A stretch of 64,000 nucleotides of DNA from Flaccisagitta enflata (taxonomy: Eukaryota). Made by a program: the position numbers and the translations under genes. This document shows, in pieces, positions 40,870 to 55,599 of the stretch. The first letter of the stretch is position 1. Every line of letters begins with the position of its first letter. The stretch spans positions 2,666,001 through 2,730,000 of the forward strand of contig OZ231126.1 in the NCBI GenBank assembly GCA_965153355.1. The letters run 5' to 3'. A model generated the notes under the pieces. The model was not told the origin of the DNA. It worked only from the letters and a program-made list of their open reading frames with translations, and ran no database searches.

Positions 40870-43800
40870 AGGGGCAGCGGCCCTTGGAGGGACCTATGAA
40901 CTATGCTTAGGCATATGGAGAATCATAGAGCATTTCATGCTTTGATTAAGGGGTTGAATTGGACCACAAGGCTAGGATTTCAGCCCTGAGGCTGAGACTT
41001 TTGTTTTCAGGCTGAGATTTGGGCCATGAGGCTGCGATTGAACTATCAAGGTTGAGTTTTGGGCCTTGAGGCTGGGATATGGGCGGGCCTCAAGGCTGGA
41101 TTTAGGCCTCATGGCTAGGATCTGAGCCAGTGAGCCTTAGGGCTACAATTAGGATAGGACTTTAAGGCCAGGACTAGGGCTTCAAGGCCAGGATTTGGGC
41201 TTCAAAGTCAGGATTTGGGCCACAAGTCTAGGATTTGAGTGGGGGGAGGGGTACCTAAAAGAAGGACGAGAAGGAGAAGAAGATGAAATTCCAAGGGTGT
41301 ATATAGTTCTGTAATCTTTGATTATTTCTCCCCCCCTGCCTTTGATTTTCTTCTCCGCAACACATAGCACCGCATTACCAAGTCTATGATTTTCTTCCCC
41401 ATACAGCAATAAAACTATGTATTTTAGGTTTAAATAGTGTTAAATTGTGTTTTGCTTATCATGTTTAATGATTTGTTGCTGCCAAAAGTTAAATTTTCCC
41501 CAAATTTTCATTTTTGGGCAGTGGCCCCATAGAGGACGATATCCTGTAGAACACAGGGGGACTTTTGTTTGTTTGTCTGTACGTTTGTCCATCCGTTTGT
41601 CCATCCATTTATCCCTACAGTTGTTCGTCTGTTTGACCTCCCCCGCCTTGAGACTCAAATCTCAGCCTCAAGGCTCAGATCCCAGCCTCAAGGCTCAAAT
41701 CCCAGCCTCAAGGCTCAAATCCCAGCCTCATGGCTCAAATTCCAGCCTTGAGGCTCAAATCCCAGCCTTGAGGCTCAAATCCCAGCCTCAAAGCTCAAAT
41801 CCCAGTCTCGAGACTCAAATCCCAGCCTTGAGGCTCAAATGCCAGCCTTGAGGCTATTATCCCAGCCTTAAGGCTCAAAACCCAGCCTTAAGGCTCAAAT
41901 CCCAACCTCAAGGCTCAAATTGCACACACCGACGAACAAACAAATGAAAGTCCCCCTGTGTTTTGCAGGACATTATCCCCTTCAGGGCTGCTGCCCTGCC
42001 ACCCATCACCTACAAAAACCAACATACGCAGCAGAGCAACGGTTGTTGCTGACCACATATTGCCCTTTTGTTTGTTTGACTGTCTGTTCATCCGCCCGTT
42101 CCTCAAGGGCCTTGAGTCAAGGCTCAAATCCCAGCCTCAATCTTAAATCCCAGTCTCAAGGCTCAAATCCCAGCCTTGAGGCTCAAATCACAGCCTAAAG
42201 GCTCAAATCCCAGCCTCACGGCTCAAATCGCACACATGGACGGACAAACAAATGAAAGTTCCCCTTGTGTTCTGCAGGACATCATCCCCTTCAGGGCCGC
42301 TGCCATGCTACCCATCACCTACAAAAACTAACATACACAGCAGGGCAACGGGTATCGCTGACCACATATTGACCTTGGGCGACTGGTTTCTCTTTTTTGG
42401 GCAGCGGCCCCGAAGGGGCCAATGACCTATGCTTTCACACAGGAGAAATTTCTCCTCCTCCTTCTCCTCCGTCCGTCCACCCCCTTCTAGGCCTAAATCC
42501 CAGCCTCAAAGCTCAAATCCCGGCCTCTAGGCTCAAGTCCCAACCTTGATGCTCAAATCCCAGCCATGAGGCTTGAATCCCAGCATTGAAGCTCAAATCC
42601 CGTCCTCGAGGCTCAAATCCCAGCCTTGATGCTCAAATGCCAGGTTTGAGGCCCAAATCCCAGCCTCAAGGCTCAAATCCTAGCCTTGAGGCTCAAATTC
42701 CAGCCTCAAGGCTCAAATGTCAGCCTCAAGGCTCAAATCCCACTCTCATAGCTCAAACCCGAGCCAGGAGGCTCAAATCTCAGCCTGGACGCTTGAATCC
42801 CAGCTTAGATGCTCAAATCCCAGCCTCAAGGCTCAAACCCCAGCCTCAAGGCTGAAGTTCCAGCCTTCACGCTCAAATCCCAGCCTTAAAGCTCAAATCC
42901 CAGCCTTGAAGCTCCAAACTTGCTAAGCATAGGTCATCGGCCCCTTTGGGGCCGCTGCCCCTCTTACCACCACACATCCACATAAACTCACATGGGGGCA
43001 ACGGGTACCGCTGACCATCTAACGCTTTTGCGACTATTCTCCCTTCCTTTTCCACTCCTTTCTCAAGACCCTTTGATTATTTCCCACCCCCCCCCCCCCC
43101 CACAGGGGGAATACAGAACAATATACAGGCCTGCAGCGGCGTAGGAGAGCTGGATTTTTTGGGACTTCCACCACCTAACTAGTATCCGACAAATTTGGTG
43201 TCCCAACAGACAATAACTTAGTGTAAAATAGTTATTACTACTATACTCTTGTATGCTACTATAATCTTGTTTGCAACTACACTTTTTTTTGCTACTATAC
43301 TCTTGGATAAGTGGGATGAGGCCTAATCACACCTAATAAAGGATTAAATAATTCTATTTCTCTCTCAGCCATTCATATTCTGTGTCTAGATCTTCATTTC
43401 TTCTCTTACCCACCTCCCCTATACCCCCCTGTATTTGCTTAAAACTAAGATAAGTTCTGAATTTTGATTTCTTCATAAATTGTTCATCAGATTGCTACCA
43501 TGCAAGAACATTTATTGTTCAGTATGTGTTGGTATGTTTTCCTCTCTCCCTCTCTCTTCCTTTTTTTCTGAGAAAAAATGTATTAACCTTTGCACTTTTA
43601 AGGTGCATGGAAGGAAGTGATCTGTCAATTTCAATCTCTAATGTCACTTAGGCTTTAAGTGTCCAGCAATCAGTGTCTGTCTTTCTGTCTGTTTTACCAT
43701 CTTTTTTTTTTTTTTTTTTGTTAAATCTTTTTTTCCTGCTTTTTGGGCAGCGGCCCCGAAGGGGACAAAGTTCTGTAGAACACAGGGGGACTTTCGTTCG

Positions 43801-44547
43801 TCCATCCGTTCGTTCTGGCGTCCCCCCCCCTGCCTCAAGGCTTAAATCCCAGCCTCAAGGCTCAAATCTTAGCCTCGAGGCTCAAATCCCAGCCTTGGGG
43901 CTCAAATCCCAGCCTCAAGGCTCAAATCCCAGCTTTGAGGCTAAGATTTGAGCCTCGAGGCTCTAAACCCAGCCAGGAGGATCAAAACATAGTTTGGAAC
44001 CTCCATGGTCTACAGGACTTTGTCTCCTTCGGGGCCCTGCCTCAATTGACCTCAGACCTCAAATCCCAGCTTCAAGGCTCAAATCCCGGCCTCAAGGCTC
44101 AAATCCCAGACTCGAGGCTCTAATCCTAGCCTTGAGGCTCAAATCCCAGCATCGAGGCTCAAAACCCAGCCTCGAGGTGCAAATCCCAGCCTCAAGGCTC
44201 AAAACCCAGCCAGCAGGCTCCAATCCTAGCCTGGATGCTCCTTTCAAGCCTTAATCCAGCTCTCTCAAGCATCAAATCGGCTCTCTCAAGCTTCGGATTG
44301 GCATTCTGAGGCCTTACATCAGCCGTCTTAGACCTCGATTTAGGCTCTTGAAGGCCTTCAGTAAGCCCTCTATAGCATCTCATCCACTTCTTCAGGCAGG
44401 ACGAACGAAAGTCCCCCTGTGTTCTACAGGACTTCGTCCCCTTCGGGGCCGCTGCCCTGCTTCCCCTCACTCCAATTCACAATCACTCAAAGCAGGGCAA
44501 CGGGTATTGCTGACCACATATTGCCCTTGGGCGACCTGTTTACTTTT

Positions 44548-44627
<80 letters not shown>

Positions 44628-44850
44628 TTTCTTTATTCTTTTTTTTTCTCTTCTTTTTTTTTTCTTCTTCCTCTCTCTTTCCTCTCTTTCTTCCTTCCTT
44701 CATTGGTGTCCCGACAACTTTGGTGTCCCGACAGCAGGGACTTCCATGGAAGTCCCGGAAGTCCCTTCTCCTACGCCGCTGCAGGCCTGTGAAATGCCCC
44801 CATATGTGAAAGCACAGGTCATTGGCTCTTTTGGGGCCGCTGCTCAAAAA
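40870..44850. mobile_element. Four-level nest of HINE-like and hAT-like elements
   Basis: An outer HINE is split by MITE 41292-44789 (TSD TGAAATTC/TGAAATGC). That MITE holds HINEs at ~41516-43036 and element 43134-44781 (TIR CAGCGGCGTAGGAGA, TSD CAGGCCTG), which holds a HINE at ~43744-44540. Confidence 0.75.
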
Positions 44851-45044
44851 AGAGATGAATACTATTATATATAAAAGAAACATCATTGAGTCACCAAAGT
44901 GCACAATAATTTTGTTATATTGACCAATAAAGGCAGCTTTTGCCATTGGAAAAAGTTTTGGATTGGTGTGTACGTCTGTCTGTCTGTCTGTCTGTCTGTC
45001 TGTTACTCTGTCTCACCCTCATTATCCATTCTTCATCCCTTTTT

Positions 45045-45536
45045 GGGCAGCGGCCCCAAAGGGGTTGATGACCCATGCTTTCACACATATGGGGAATTTT
45101 CTCCTCCTTCCTCTTCTTCTTCTTCTCCTCCTCCTCCTCCTTTGTACTCCCTTCCCCCAACCTCCAGGCCCATATCTCAGCCTCGAGTCCCATATCCCAG
45201 CCTTGAAGCCCAGATCCCTGTCTTGAGGCCCAAATCCCAACCCCATGGCCTAAATCCCAGTCTCAAGGGATTTGGGCCTCAAGACTGGGATTTGGGCCTC
45301 GAGGCAAGGATATGGGCCTCAAGGCTGAGATATGGGCTTGGAGGTTGGGGGATGGGGGGTGCGGAGGAGGAGAAGGAGGAGGAGAAGAAGAAGAAGGAGG
45401 TGAAAATCCCCCATATGTGTGAAAGCATAGGTCATCAACCCCTTTGGGGCCGCTGCCCCACTCTCCCCTCAACTTCAACCACAACCTACTTGAGCAGGGC
45501 ACAGGTAGCACTGACCCTCTTACGCTTTTGCGACTA
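45045..45536 (+). mobile_element. HINE-like element with an internally inverted minisatellite (near-palindromic); close relative in reverse at 51356-51836
   Basis: The array switches from CCCAAATCCCAG to GGGATTTGGGCC at ~45265. Confidence 0.8.
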
Positions 45537-47355
45537 TTTAGGATCAAGCAGGCTTGCAAATCTAAGTTGAACCCAAAAAAACAAAAAATCCATATGCATA
45601 CTGTAATGATCAGGTTAAAAGCTCTATGACTCAAAAATTATTGTCACACAGACTTCTGCTAGGCACCATCTGAAAGAGCACGGTCAAATTTACTTACTAA
45701 ATTTCACGCATAGGCTCGTTTGGCCCATAAAAAAAAGCATAGACTTCCTCAAAACACACAAGAAAGAGGGGAAAACCGAATTCCTCTGCAGGTCTCAAAA
45801 GCCGAAGGTAATTTTCGACCTCCTTTAAATGATGGCTTAAGCGATTTTGATGTATTTTTTAGATTCATTGATTTAATGACATTCTCTGTTTTACGATAAC
45901 ATTGTCTTCAAAAAAGTTGAAGGGAAAATACTTTTTCAGTAATAAGATCCAGAGGAAAAAGAAATTGAGGAGCAAGGACATCAAGTCAAGGATGAGACAC
46001 GGGTAAAGTGATCTGTCTGATTATCTGTTAAAAACCACATGGTGCCAGAACGGCTGCCTACAGCTTTGTTTCTCATAGCAAAAAGTTATGTTAGGTTTAA
46101 TGGTTCTATCATTTTTGCTCATACCCCCTTACGTTCCATTGCAAATATAGAGAAAGAATTTGGACCTCCGACCTTTCCTGTTTTATCATGGGAGGGAAGT
46201 GGAAAATCAATATTGGAAAATTTGGAGTTTCAATCAGAACGTTGCTAATCATTTCGATTGAAAGACCTGATTCCTTGGATGATTATTGTATATGAAATGC
46301 ATTGACTTTTTCAGGGGAACAAAAATTAAAATGAGAATCAATTCCTAAATTGTTACGACACAAGTAAAAAGTGCAACAACATCCGTGGACATGATAAGTG
46401 TTATTGCATCTTTTTGGATCAAGCTAGAAAATCCTGGTTAGGTTAATATTCATCGAACTAGTTGATGTTGAATAAAAAAATTAGCTGATCTGCCTTATGA
46501 TATTGATTGATTGAATTTAATTGCTCATATGTGCGTTCATCACATTACAACAAAGATTGTTATGGAGCAGTACCAAGGTACAATGGGCAAAAGGCATCTA
46601 AAAACTAAATAGTTCCAATGCATGTCCGTATGTCTGTGTATTGATAAAGAAACAATCAAAATAAATGTAAATGGAGGGGGAGGGGGTTCTAAATACTTGG
46701 GTCTATAACCCCTCACTCCCCAAAAAAGACCAAAAAATCACAGACAAGAAATCAAAACAAGCCCAAGAGGGCAACAGTCGCGTGCGTCTGGAAATGACAG
46801 ACAAAATGTTAGAAATGTCAGGAAATGTTAAAAAATGTTAAAAAATGTTAAATGATGTTGAAAAATGTTAAAGAAAGTTAAAAAATGTTAAAAAATGTTA
46901 AAAAATGTTAAAATGCCAAAAAAGTCGGAAAATGTTAAAGAATGTTAGAGATTGTTAAAAAATGCTAATAGTAAAAAAATGTTAAGAAACGTCAAAAAAT
47001 GTCGAAAATTTAAAAAGGTTACGGGACGGACGGACCGACCGACCGACCTACCGACCAACAGACCAAGGTGTAGAGTCGCGTGCACGCGACTAAAAACCTA
47101 TAAGTCGGTTATGAATGATGAAATTGATGCATTGATGCATTGATGTAATGCAAGAGAGCAAATTGACGTATAAATTGAGACCGAATGGACGGACTTACTC
47201 ACAAGCCCTTTACCTAAACTTAAGGGGTATATAAAGAATGAAAAAAGAAAAAAAGGAAAAAAAACAAGCAAATCAATTCGTTGCCTCTACAGTCTTCCCA
47301 TTACCATAAGAGGCCAACTTCGTCGATTAGTCGGTCCCCCTTTCCGTTGGTTCAT

Positions 47356-47660
<305 letters not shown>

Positions 47661-50600
47661 AGGTCTAAGAATAGGCATAGGTCTAGGAATAGGTAATTGG
47701 CTTTAAAAAGCAAACTGTGCTCGGAATACTACGATATAAATAATTCCCGGCGCACCGTCTGGGCTGGCTTATCCGACCTTGTTATTTGAATCATGATCTT
47801 TTATTTCCGAATTCATTTGAGACCTGGTCGACGGCTGCCGATGCCGCCTTTATAGACTCTTTTAACATCTGCAGCCTGGTACATATGTTACATATGGTAC
47901 ATATGGCACATATGGTACTACAGTATGAGTATTCTCAAATGAAACGGAAAATGACAGCGTAACATGATAACCACCTTCAATTCCAGATTGAGGCAAAACC
48001 ACTTGACATCCAAAGCTCAGATTTGGCACTAACGAATGCCCGAACGTTTTCTTTTAGCCATTTTTTTTCACAATTTTATTTCAAAATCATACAGACTAAG
48101 TATCTGTAAACAATCTGATCTTGTATCTGTCGCGGGTACGTCTTGAATATCTGTTTACAATCTGACCCGGCATCTGATGCTGGTCCACATACTTTTAACA
48201 TCTCTCTGCAATCTGATGCGTACAACTCAACACCGTACAGTCGTACACCTTTACTCATTTACACCTTTACACACTTATACCTTTACGCCAATCTTAGCTT
48301 ACATCTGCCACAAGTACATGTTCTTTCAATATTTGATCTTACGTTTGATGCTGGTACATAGTGCATACAATCGTTCTTGCGCCTGCCCCAAGACGGCACA
48401 CCCTTTTAACTTCTGGTACTAATCGGGTCTAACATTTTTGTTTAATCAACACCACCATCACCCCCCCCCCCCCCGTGGTCCCAGGATTCAGCGGTTTGTA
48501 CTTGTACTGTTTGTACTGGGTAAAAACGACCATTGTGAAATGTTAAAGGGTGTTGGTGGCGGCCCCGGGCCCCCAGCATTTTCAGCATTTTTCTGTTTTA
48601 TTCGTAATTAGAATTGAACAAATTAAAAAGATGGAAGTTGACGTAAACAAAAATAAAAAGATTTTGCGACTTTTTGGAAACTCAAACTTTCTTTGCCTGA
48701 CCTAAATCATCTTTGTTTGGTTGGTTGGTTTTTTTGGCATTTTCGGTTTTTGCATCACTGCTCTTGCCCAATTGCCCGCCTGGTTTCCCACAAGACTGCC
48801 CCTGCTCACCTGCACAAGACATACTACGCGAATTAAAAAAAAAGACGCACTTTTGAATGGTTGATTTCGCCATTGAAAATCAAAAAAACTAATTAAAATC
48901 TTAGACCATTTTGAAGCCCTTGAAAAACTCTTTCGTTTGGCGCCAATCTGGTATCTCTATCTTTTTTCGTTTGGAAATGGCATTAGTTTGAGTAAAAATG
49001 TTGCCAAATTTGTTTTTGCAGTCCCTTTGAAAAAAATGCAATTCAGCAAAATAGTGTCTCACTTTAAAGAGGTCTAGCTCCTAAACCGTTAAAGATACCA
49101 TATATTTGGCCTTTTTTCCTCGTAGTTTCGTACTTTATTTTGCCTTGAAGTCCGCCCTTAAGTGCCGCAATGTTTAGGTATTCAGAAATTTAAACCGTTC
49201 CCTCTGAACTTTTTTCCCTAACAATTTTCATGCTCCTTACTTTTTTCCCCTCGAAATTTGATCCGTCATTAAAACAAAAGACGCGGGGTCACATCATTGA
49301 CATTGTTGCGGACGGGTGGGCAGGTGCATCCAACCCCCATCCATACCCCATGCCCCCCACCTACCCAATTAAGATCTAAAACTTTTTTTTCCTCTTTTTG
49401 ACTTATGTGTTACGGACGGACAGTTAGATGGACAGACAGACAGACAGACGGACGGATGGACAAAGCCTCTTATATAGTTGCGTGTCCGCAACTAAAAAGA
49501 AATGGAAGAAAGAAAAAAACAGGTGTAGATTTCTGAGCACAGTACTCGTCATACGATAACAAATCTCATACAAATCATTCATCCATGTTTGATACTTGAT
49601 ACAGTGGAACCCCGCAATTACAGACCCGTCTTGAATGGTTCCTCATTAACACTATCTAGCAAATAAAGATATGGACAGGATTATAGCAGTAAAACTTCAA
49701 TATATATTAAAACAATGAAAGCAGATTGACAAACAATGACCAAGAATCTTCCATTTAAGACCAAGCAGAGCACAGTAGCTCAATCCCTTTTCAAATGACA
49801 GTGTATTGAAGAAAAACTGTTATTTACCAAAATCTTTTTAGTTAAAATCTTCTAAGGACAACCTACAATGAAAGAGCTATCTTATCTGAAGGGATTGAGC
49901 AAAATCATTCGGCTTGGTCTTGAAAGATCACATTTTTGACAGTTTTGATTGTGGAAAAAAATCAAGGAATGCTGTCAAACATAACGCTATGAAATTATCT
50001 TATTTTAAAATGAAACAAAGCTGGTTCAATCATTTTTTTGTTATTTTTTTGAAAAGCAGGGGATTCACTAATTCAGGTTGAAAAATCATAGATCAATCCC
50101 ATGGAAAGTCGAAACAGAAGCACTCGATAGATCAAAATACCATATATTGATTAAAAGTTGATTCATTTAGTCATTTACTTCTTTCAGTGAGTGAAAAGGC
50201 TAACTTTTCCTCCCAACTGTCCGTATATTTATTTCCGAGATAGTAAAGGTCAACATTTTGTCCCTAATGTGATTTCACCTCTCTTTAAAGGTGAACCTGA
50301 GATAAAGGTGAAAAATCTTCAGTCCCAATGAGACCAATGAGGCGGGGTCCTACTATAAATCATTTATTACGAAACATTTGTTCTTTCACTTAGTTATTAG
50401 TCATCTGCTCTTTCTAATCTTCACTTGTTTTACGGGGTAATTTTATAGAACGCTAGTCTATAGTTTTGAGATGCGTCCGTCAGGAACACATCTCTATAAG
50501 AGGGTCTGTCCTTCCGTCGGTCGGTCCGTCAGTCGGTCCGTCGGTCGGTCGGTCCGTTACGCCTGTGCAAAAATCGCGTTTTTCGGCTGGTTTCTGGCCA

Positions 50601-50777
50601 CAGTGAGATCCTATACTGAAACAAATGATCAACCAACGTGTTTTGAGGGCCTCCTTTACTATTCAATTAGATTTTTTTAAAAATTGTCTAGCTGCTCCAG
50701 AAGTTGAGATATGACATCATGAACCATATCTTGACGCTCTTGTTCCATCAGTTTTTTTACACCATTTTTTCCATAAA

Positions 50778-53700
50778 TAAGGGAGTACGAGAATTGGATT
50801 TGACAGACATTTTTTATGGGACTGCTTAGTGTGATGGATAAACATGTGAGTAGGCCTAAGATATGATAGAAAAAACTGAGTTGAGCTCATTTGGTTGAAA
50901 AATACCCCCCGAACAGGCTAAAAAACTGAATTTCGACCGTTTTTTTGCTTTTTTTTGCATTTATGGTAATCCTGAGCCTCTAGTGCATACAATTGTAATA
51001 AAACATTCAAAAATAGATGGAGATAACCAATGCATGACTGGAGATGAAAGACAGTCTACTTGCATATCTTCTGTAGGATACCAAATGTCAAAATGAAGTG
51101 GCTAGGCTTTTGCGTTCCTTGTTGCCTTCTGTGGTTTAATATGAATGGACAATTGAATTTCTAGTTGGCTTTCATCTCATGGAACCCTTTTTGGGCATCA
51201 TGATGGACCCTCCAAGGCCCAATCATTTACTACTTTGATCAATCTTTCAAAATCTGTACAAACAGATGATGGAAGCCATCCCAGGTTTTAAGTTCAGTTC
51301 AGTTGAGAGGCATACTCTCCCTGCTCTTTGCTATGGATTTAGTAGGGAGTACAAATAGTCGCAAAAGCGTTAGATGGTCAGCGGTACCCGTGCCCTGCTT
51401 AAGTAGGTTGTGGTTGAAGTTGAGGGGGAGCAGGGCAGCGGCCCCGAAGGGGTCGATGACCTATGCTTTCACACATATGGGGAATTTTCTCCTCCTTCTT
51501 CTCCTTCTTCTCCGCACCCCCCCTCCCCCCAGCCTCCAGGCCTATATCTCAGCCTGGAGGCCCATATCCCAGCCTCGAGGTCCAAATCCCAGTCTTGACG
51601 CCCAAATCCCTAGAGAGTGGAATCTGGGCCTTTGGGTTGGGATTTGGGCCTTGAGGGTGGGATTTGGGCCTCAAGACTGGGATTTGGGCCTCGAGGCTGG
51701 GATATGGGCCTCCAGGCTGAGATATAGGCCTGGAGGCTGGGGGGAGGGGGGGTACGAAGAAGAAGAAGAAGAAGGAGGAGAAAATTCCCCATATGTGTGA
51801 AAGCATAGGTCATCGACCCCTTCGGGGCCGCTGCCCAAAAGGAGTGGATGGAATCATTCAACAGGTTGCCCAAGGGCAATACGTGGTCAGCGATACCCGT
51901 TGCCTTGCTTTGCATGGTTGTAAATCGGAATGAGAGGCAGGGCAGCGGCACCGAAGGGGACGAAGTCCTGTAGAACACAGGGGGACTTTTGTTCATTCAT
52001 CCGTCCGTCCGCCGCCCCAGGCCCTCTTAGGCCTGAAATCTGCCCTCTCAGGCCTGAAATCTGACCTCTCAGGCCTGAAATCTGCCCTCTCAGACCTTGA
52101 ATCTGAGAGGGCAGATTTCAGACCTGGGAGGACAGATTTCAGGCCTGAGAGGACAGGTGACAGGCCTGAAAGGGCAAATTTCAGGCCTGAGAGGGCAGAT
52201 TCAAGGCCTGAGAGGGCAGATTTCAGGCCTGAGAGGGCAGATTTTAGGCCTGAGAGGGCAGATTTCAGGCCTGAGAGGGCCTGGGGGGGACGCACGAACG
52301 GACGAACGGACGAACGAATGAACGAACAAAAGTCCCCCTGAGTTCTACAGGACTTTGTCCCCTTCGGGGCCGCTGCCCAAAAACCATCTTCAGCAGTATG
52401 TCTCAAAGCTGGAGGTTGCCATGAGGGCTTTAATGAAACAGCTTGCTGCAACATTGTCCAGGCAACATGGAATTCAGTATGAGTTTTAACCTGAATTTCT
52501 GGAATACTCAGAAAAAGAAGCTGCAGGAACCTTGGGCAAATCACACTTAAGGCCCCTTTTTGAAATTTTCACTGAGGAACAACTTAGATCAATTCCTGAG
52601 GATAATAAAGCAGGGGAAAATTACTTTGGGCACATGTCTGAACAGCTCAGAAGTAAAGGAGGTTCAGTGACAGACTTGTGCTCTAGTCAATTTCTGATCT
52701 AACATTTGGAAAGGATGCTGCAGACATGTTGAAAGATAAAGAGCTGAAGTTAAAGCAACAAGAAATCATCCAAATTGAGGCAGACTGGTCAAGATCTCAA
52801 AAGGATATTATGAAGTCCAAACTGTCAGTGACAGATGCTGAGGCCAGGCCTGAGCGATTGTATTGGGTATTGGTATTGGGTTTACAATATTCTTGTGTAT
52901 TGGGTTTTCCCAATACATGTAGTTTATTTTGTTATTTTTCCAATACAATACAATACTATACAATATTACGAAAAAGTTGATCTGAGGAGAGCAAAATATA
53001 TGAGGAAGAAACTAATGAATCTATAGGAGAGAGAGAGAAAGAAACAGGGAAAGATAATAAAAAACAGAAAATAAAAAAAGAGAATCAGATCTAGACAAAA
53101 AAAAAAGAAAAAAAAAACAAATAGATAAGTGTGAAAAAAAAAAAGACCGAATGATAAAAGAATAAAATAAAATTTTTTTCAAAATAAAAAAAAATATATA
53201 TTTATATGTTTATATGATGATTAAAATTATAATATTTTTTTAAATTATTAGTATATTATCTTACTATGATTAGTTTGATATATATTACTACTTATTACTT
53301 ATTACTAAAAATATATAAAATCATATATGTATATATGTATTGTATTGTATGCTATGATAATGTATTGTATACAATTTTAATGGATATTGTATTGTATTGG
53401 TATTGTATTGTATTGTCCCAATACTTGAAAGTATTGTATTGGTATTGTATAGTTGACAAAAATGCTATATAGCTCAGGCCTGGCTGAGGCAGACATCTTG
53501 GCAAGGGAACAATCTAGATTCAAGCTGATTGCTCTTTGCAAGGAAAATGGGGATTAACACAAGTACCATGCACTACTTTCATCTCAGGCTGAAGTCATGA
53601 AATGCTATGATAGGATCAAGAAATTGAGTGAGCAAGATCAATTTAGCAGTATAGCAATCATAGAAAAACCGCCAAAACATGTCAGATACTTAATAATACG

Positions 53701-55599
53701 TCTTTGGGTTTCAACACATATTTGTATGTGGATTTTCTAAGCACTTTAAGACAAATGCTTTATATAAATGCATGATAACTATCGCTCATAAAATTTTATT
53801 TAAAAAATTCCTTAGTGTATGCTATGTTCTCCCTTTTGCCTCAGTTGCAATCCCAATGATTCAGAGAGGTTGAAATCAACCAAGATAATGTAGCAAAGGT
53901 GTTGGGCGCTGTAATTAGGACCAAAAATAGGGTGGAAAAAACCTCCAATCTATCTGAAAGGAGACTTAGTAACTTGTAAAGAAACTAGATGCATTTTTTG
54001 GCCATTTTCTAAAAGAGGTATCAATCTTGTTTTGCCCGTCAATTCTAAACGCCTTGAGCTAAAAGGATGCGGTTTGCGGCATTTGGTCAGAAATTCGAAA
54101 TAGTTTCAGAATCTCACTGATTTTTATATAAATTTTTTATTCTTAACAGAGTTATTGCATAAAATGCCTGTCGATATACATATGTTCTAGATAGTACTTT
54201 CATCTCAGGCTGAAGTCATGAAATGCTATGATAGGATCAAGAAATTGAGTGAGCAAGATCAACTTTCCATCCTTCGCAAGGAGGTCAAGTTGAAAAAAGT
54301 CATGTTCTCTGAGATGCCTAGTGACTTTGTTTATATCTAGCAATACAACATCACTGCCAAGCAAATTTATGAGAATCTGCTTGCTTTATACACAACTGAT
54401 CCAAAAAATCAAGATGTTGTGACAGAGGATGTCTATTTTACCTCTGAATCCGCAGGTATTCAGGCAGCAAACAAGCCAGCGAAGAGGTCAAAAGCCCCCG
54501 CTGAGGTACCCCAAAGAGAGTTTATCTGGCCAGTAGAGGAAGAGGAATTTATCATCACATAACAAGAAGATGGCTGGAACCTTGGAACCGTGCAATCTTT
54601 CAACGAGGAGGAAAACAGTATTTTAGTACAGGCACTCTCTACTCCAAAACCAAGGCAAAGATGATAAGGGGAAAACATATTTGCTTTTCTCAAATGAAGA
54701 AGTTGCAGATGGCTTCAAAAGAAAACATAATTTGGAGATCAAGCCTTCAGTCATAGTGACTAAAAATGTTAAGAGAAAAGATTTGGTCATTGCACTGCTG
54801 AATCATGAGATCATAGTGGCGCTTTAGGGACAGCTGATGGGCTCAAATGAATCTGAATAAAGCTGATGAGATATCATACATCTCCCTGCAGACTTTAGGG
54901 ACAAAGTCATGAAGTCATAGTTCAAGAGCAACTAAAACTTGAGCATGGAACTCGAAACTTGATGCTATGGAAACTTTTTGTGAGCAAGTTTCTTTTTATG
55001 GGGGGAAGGGGCAAATCTCTAAGATATTTTACCTGCACCCTACAATCATAACTTATCATTTACTTGTAAAACTAGTTTGCTACCTTCCCCATGTTTTACC
55101 CCCACCAAACAATCATTTCCTTGCGTTTACTTGTTGAATTTTATTAGTGAAGCTCTCAATTCATTTGGGAAGTAATTGAATATCAAATTTAGCTGATGTA
55201 GGTGTCAGTTTATTTATCAGTTAGAATGCCCACTTCCAATTGATAAAGAATTAATTGTATAAATGATCATTTTTTATCAATTTTTCAACATTTTTTAAGA
55301 TTTTTCATGAAGAAAAAGATTCAAGGCACAAGAAGCAATTTTTTCCACTTCAGTACTAGTAATCAAGTGTGTATGCCAGTGTTTTTCCAGCTAGATATAT
55401 CATTTGATCCTCAATTTAAACAAAAAAACGCAGAAAAAGCAAGAATTTACTATCTTTTTTCGTTTTTTGGCCTGTTCGGGGGGTTTTCTTTGAGAGAGGG
55501 CCCCAAAATTGATGGATTACCTCATATTTTGGGCCTACTGAACCAAAAATCAATCACACTGTCCAATCCGTTTCGATGAGTTATTCTCGTACTCCCTTA
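50778..55599 (+). mobile_element. Decayed, internally deleted hAT-like DNA transposon with 7-bp TSD and transposase remnants
   Basis: Perfect 17-bp TIR TAAGGGAGTACGAGAAT; TSD CCATAAA (50771-50777 / 55600-55606). Stop-riddled + frames include GFHLMEPFLG...FQNLY, LSRQHGIQYEF, IPEDNKAGENYFG (PxxNxxxExxFG-type motif) and LSILRKEVKLKK...WNLGTV. Confidence 0.85.
52845..53482. mobile_element. hAT-like MITE inserted in the transposase remnant
   Basis: TIR CAGGCCTGAGC; perfect 8-bp TSD GCTGAGGC. The frame reads through TDAE/ADILAREQ once it is removed. Confidence 0.9.

Noticed and set aside
41447-45634. SRLKSQPQGSNPSLEAQIPA and WAAAPKG ORFs (also ~25800, 32200, 51300-52500)
   Set aside because: Translations of the HINE ends and 20/21-bp minisatellites.
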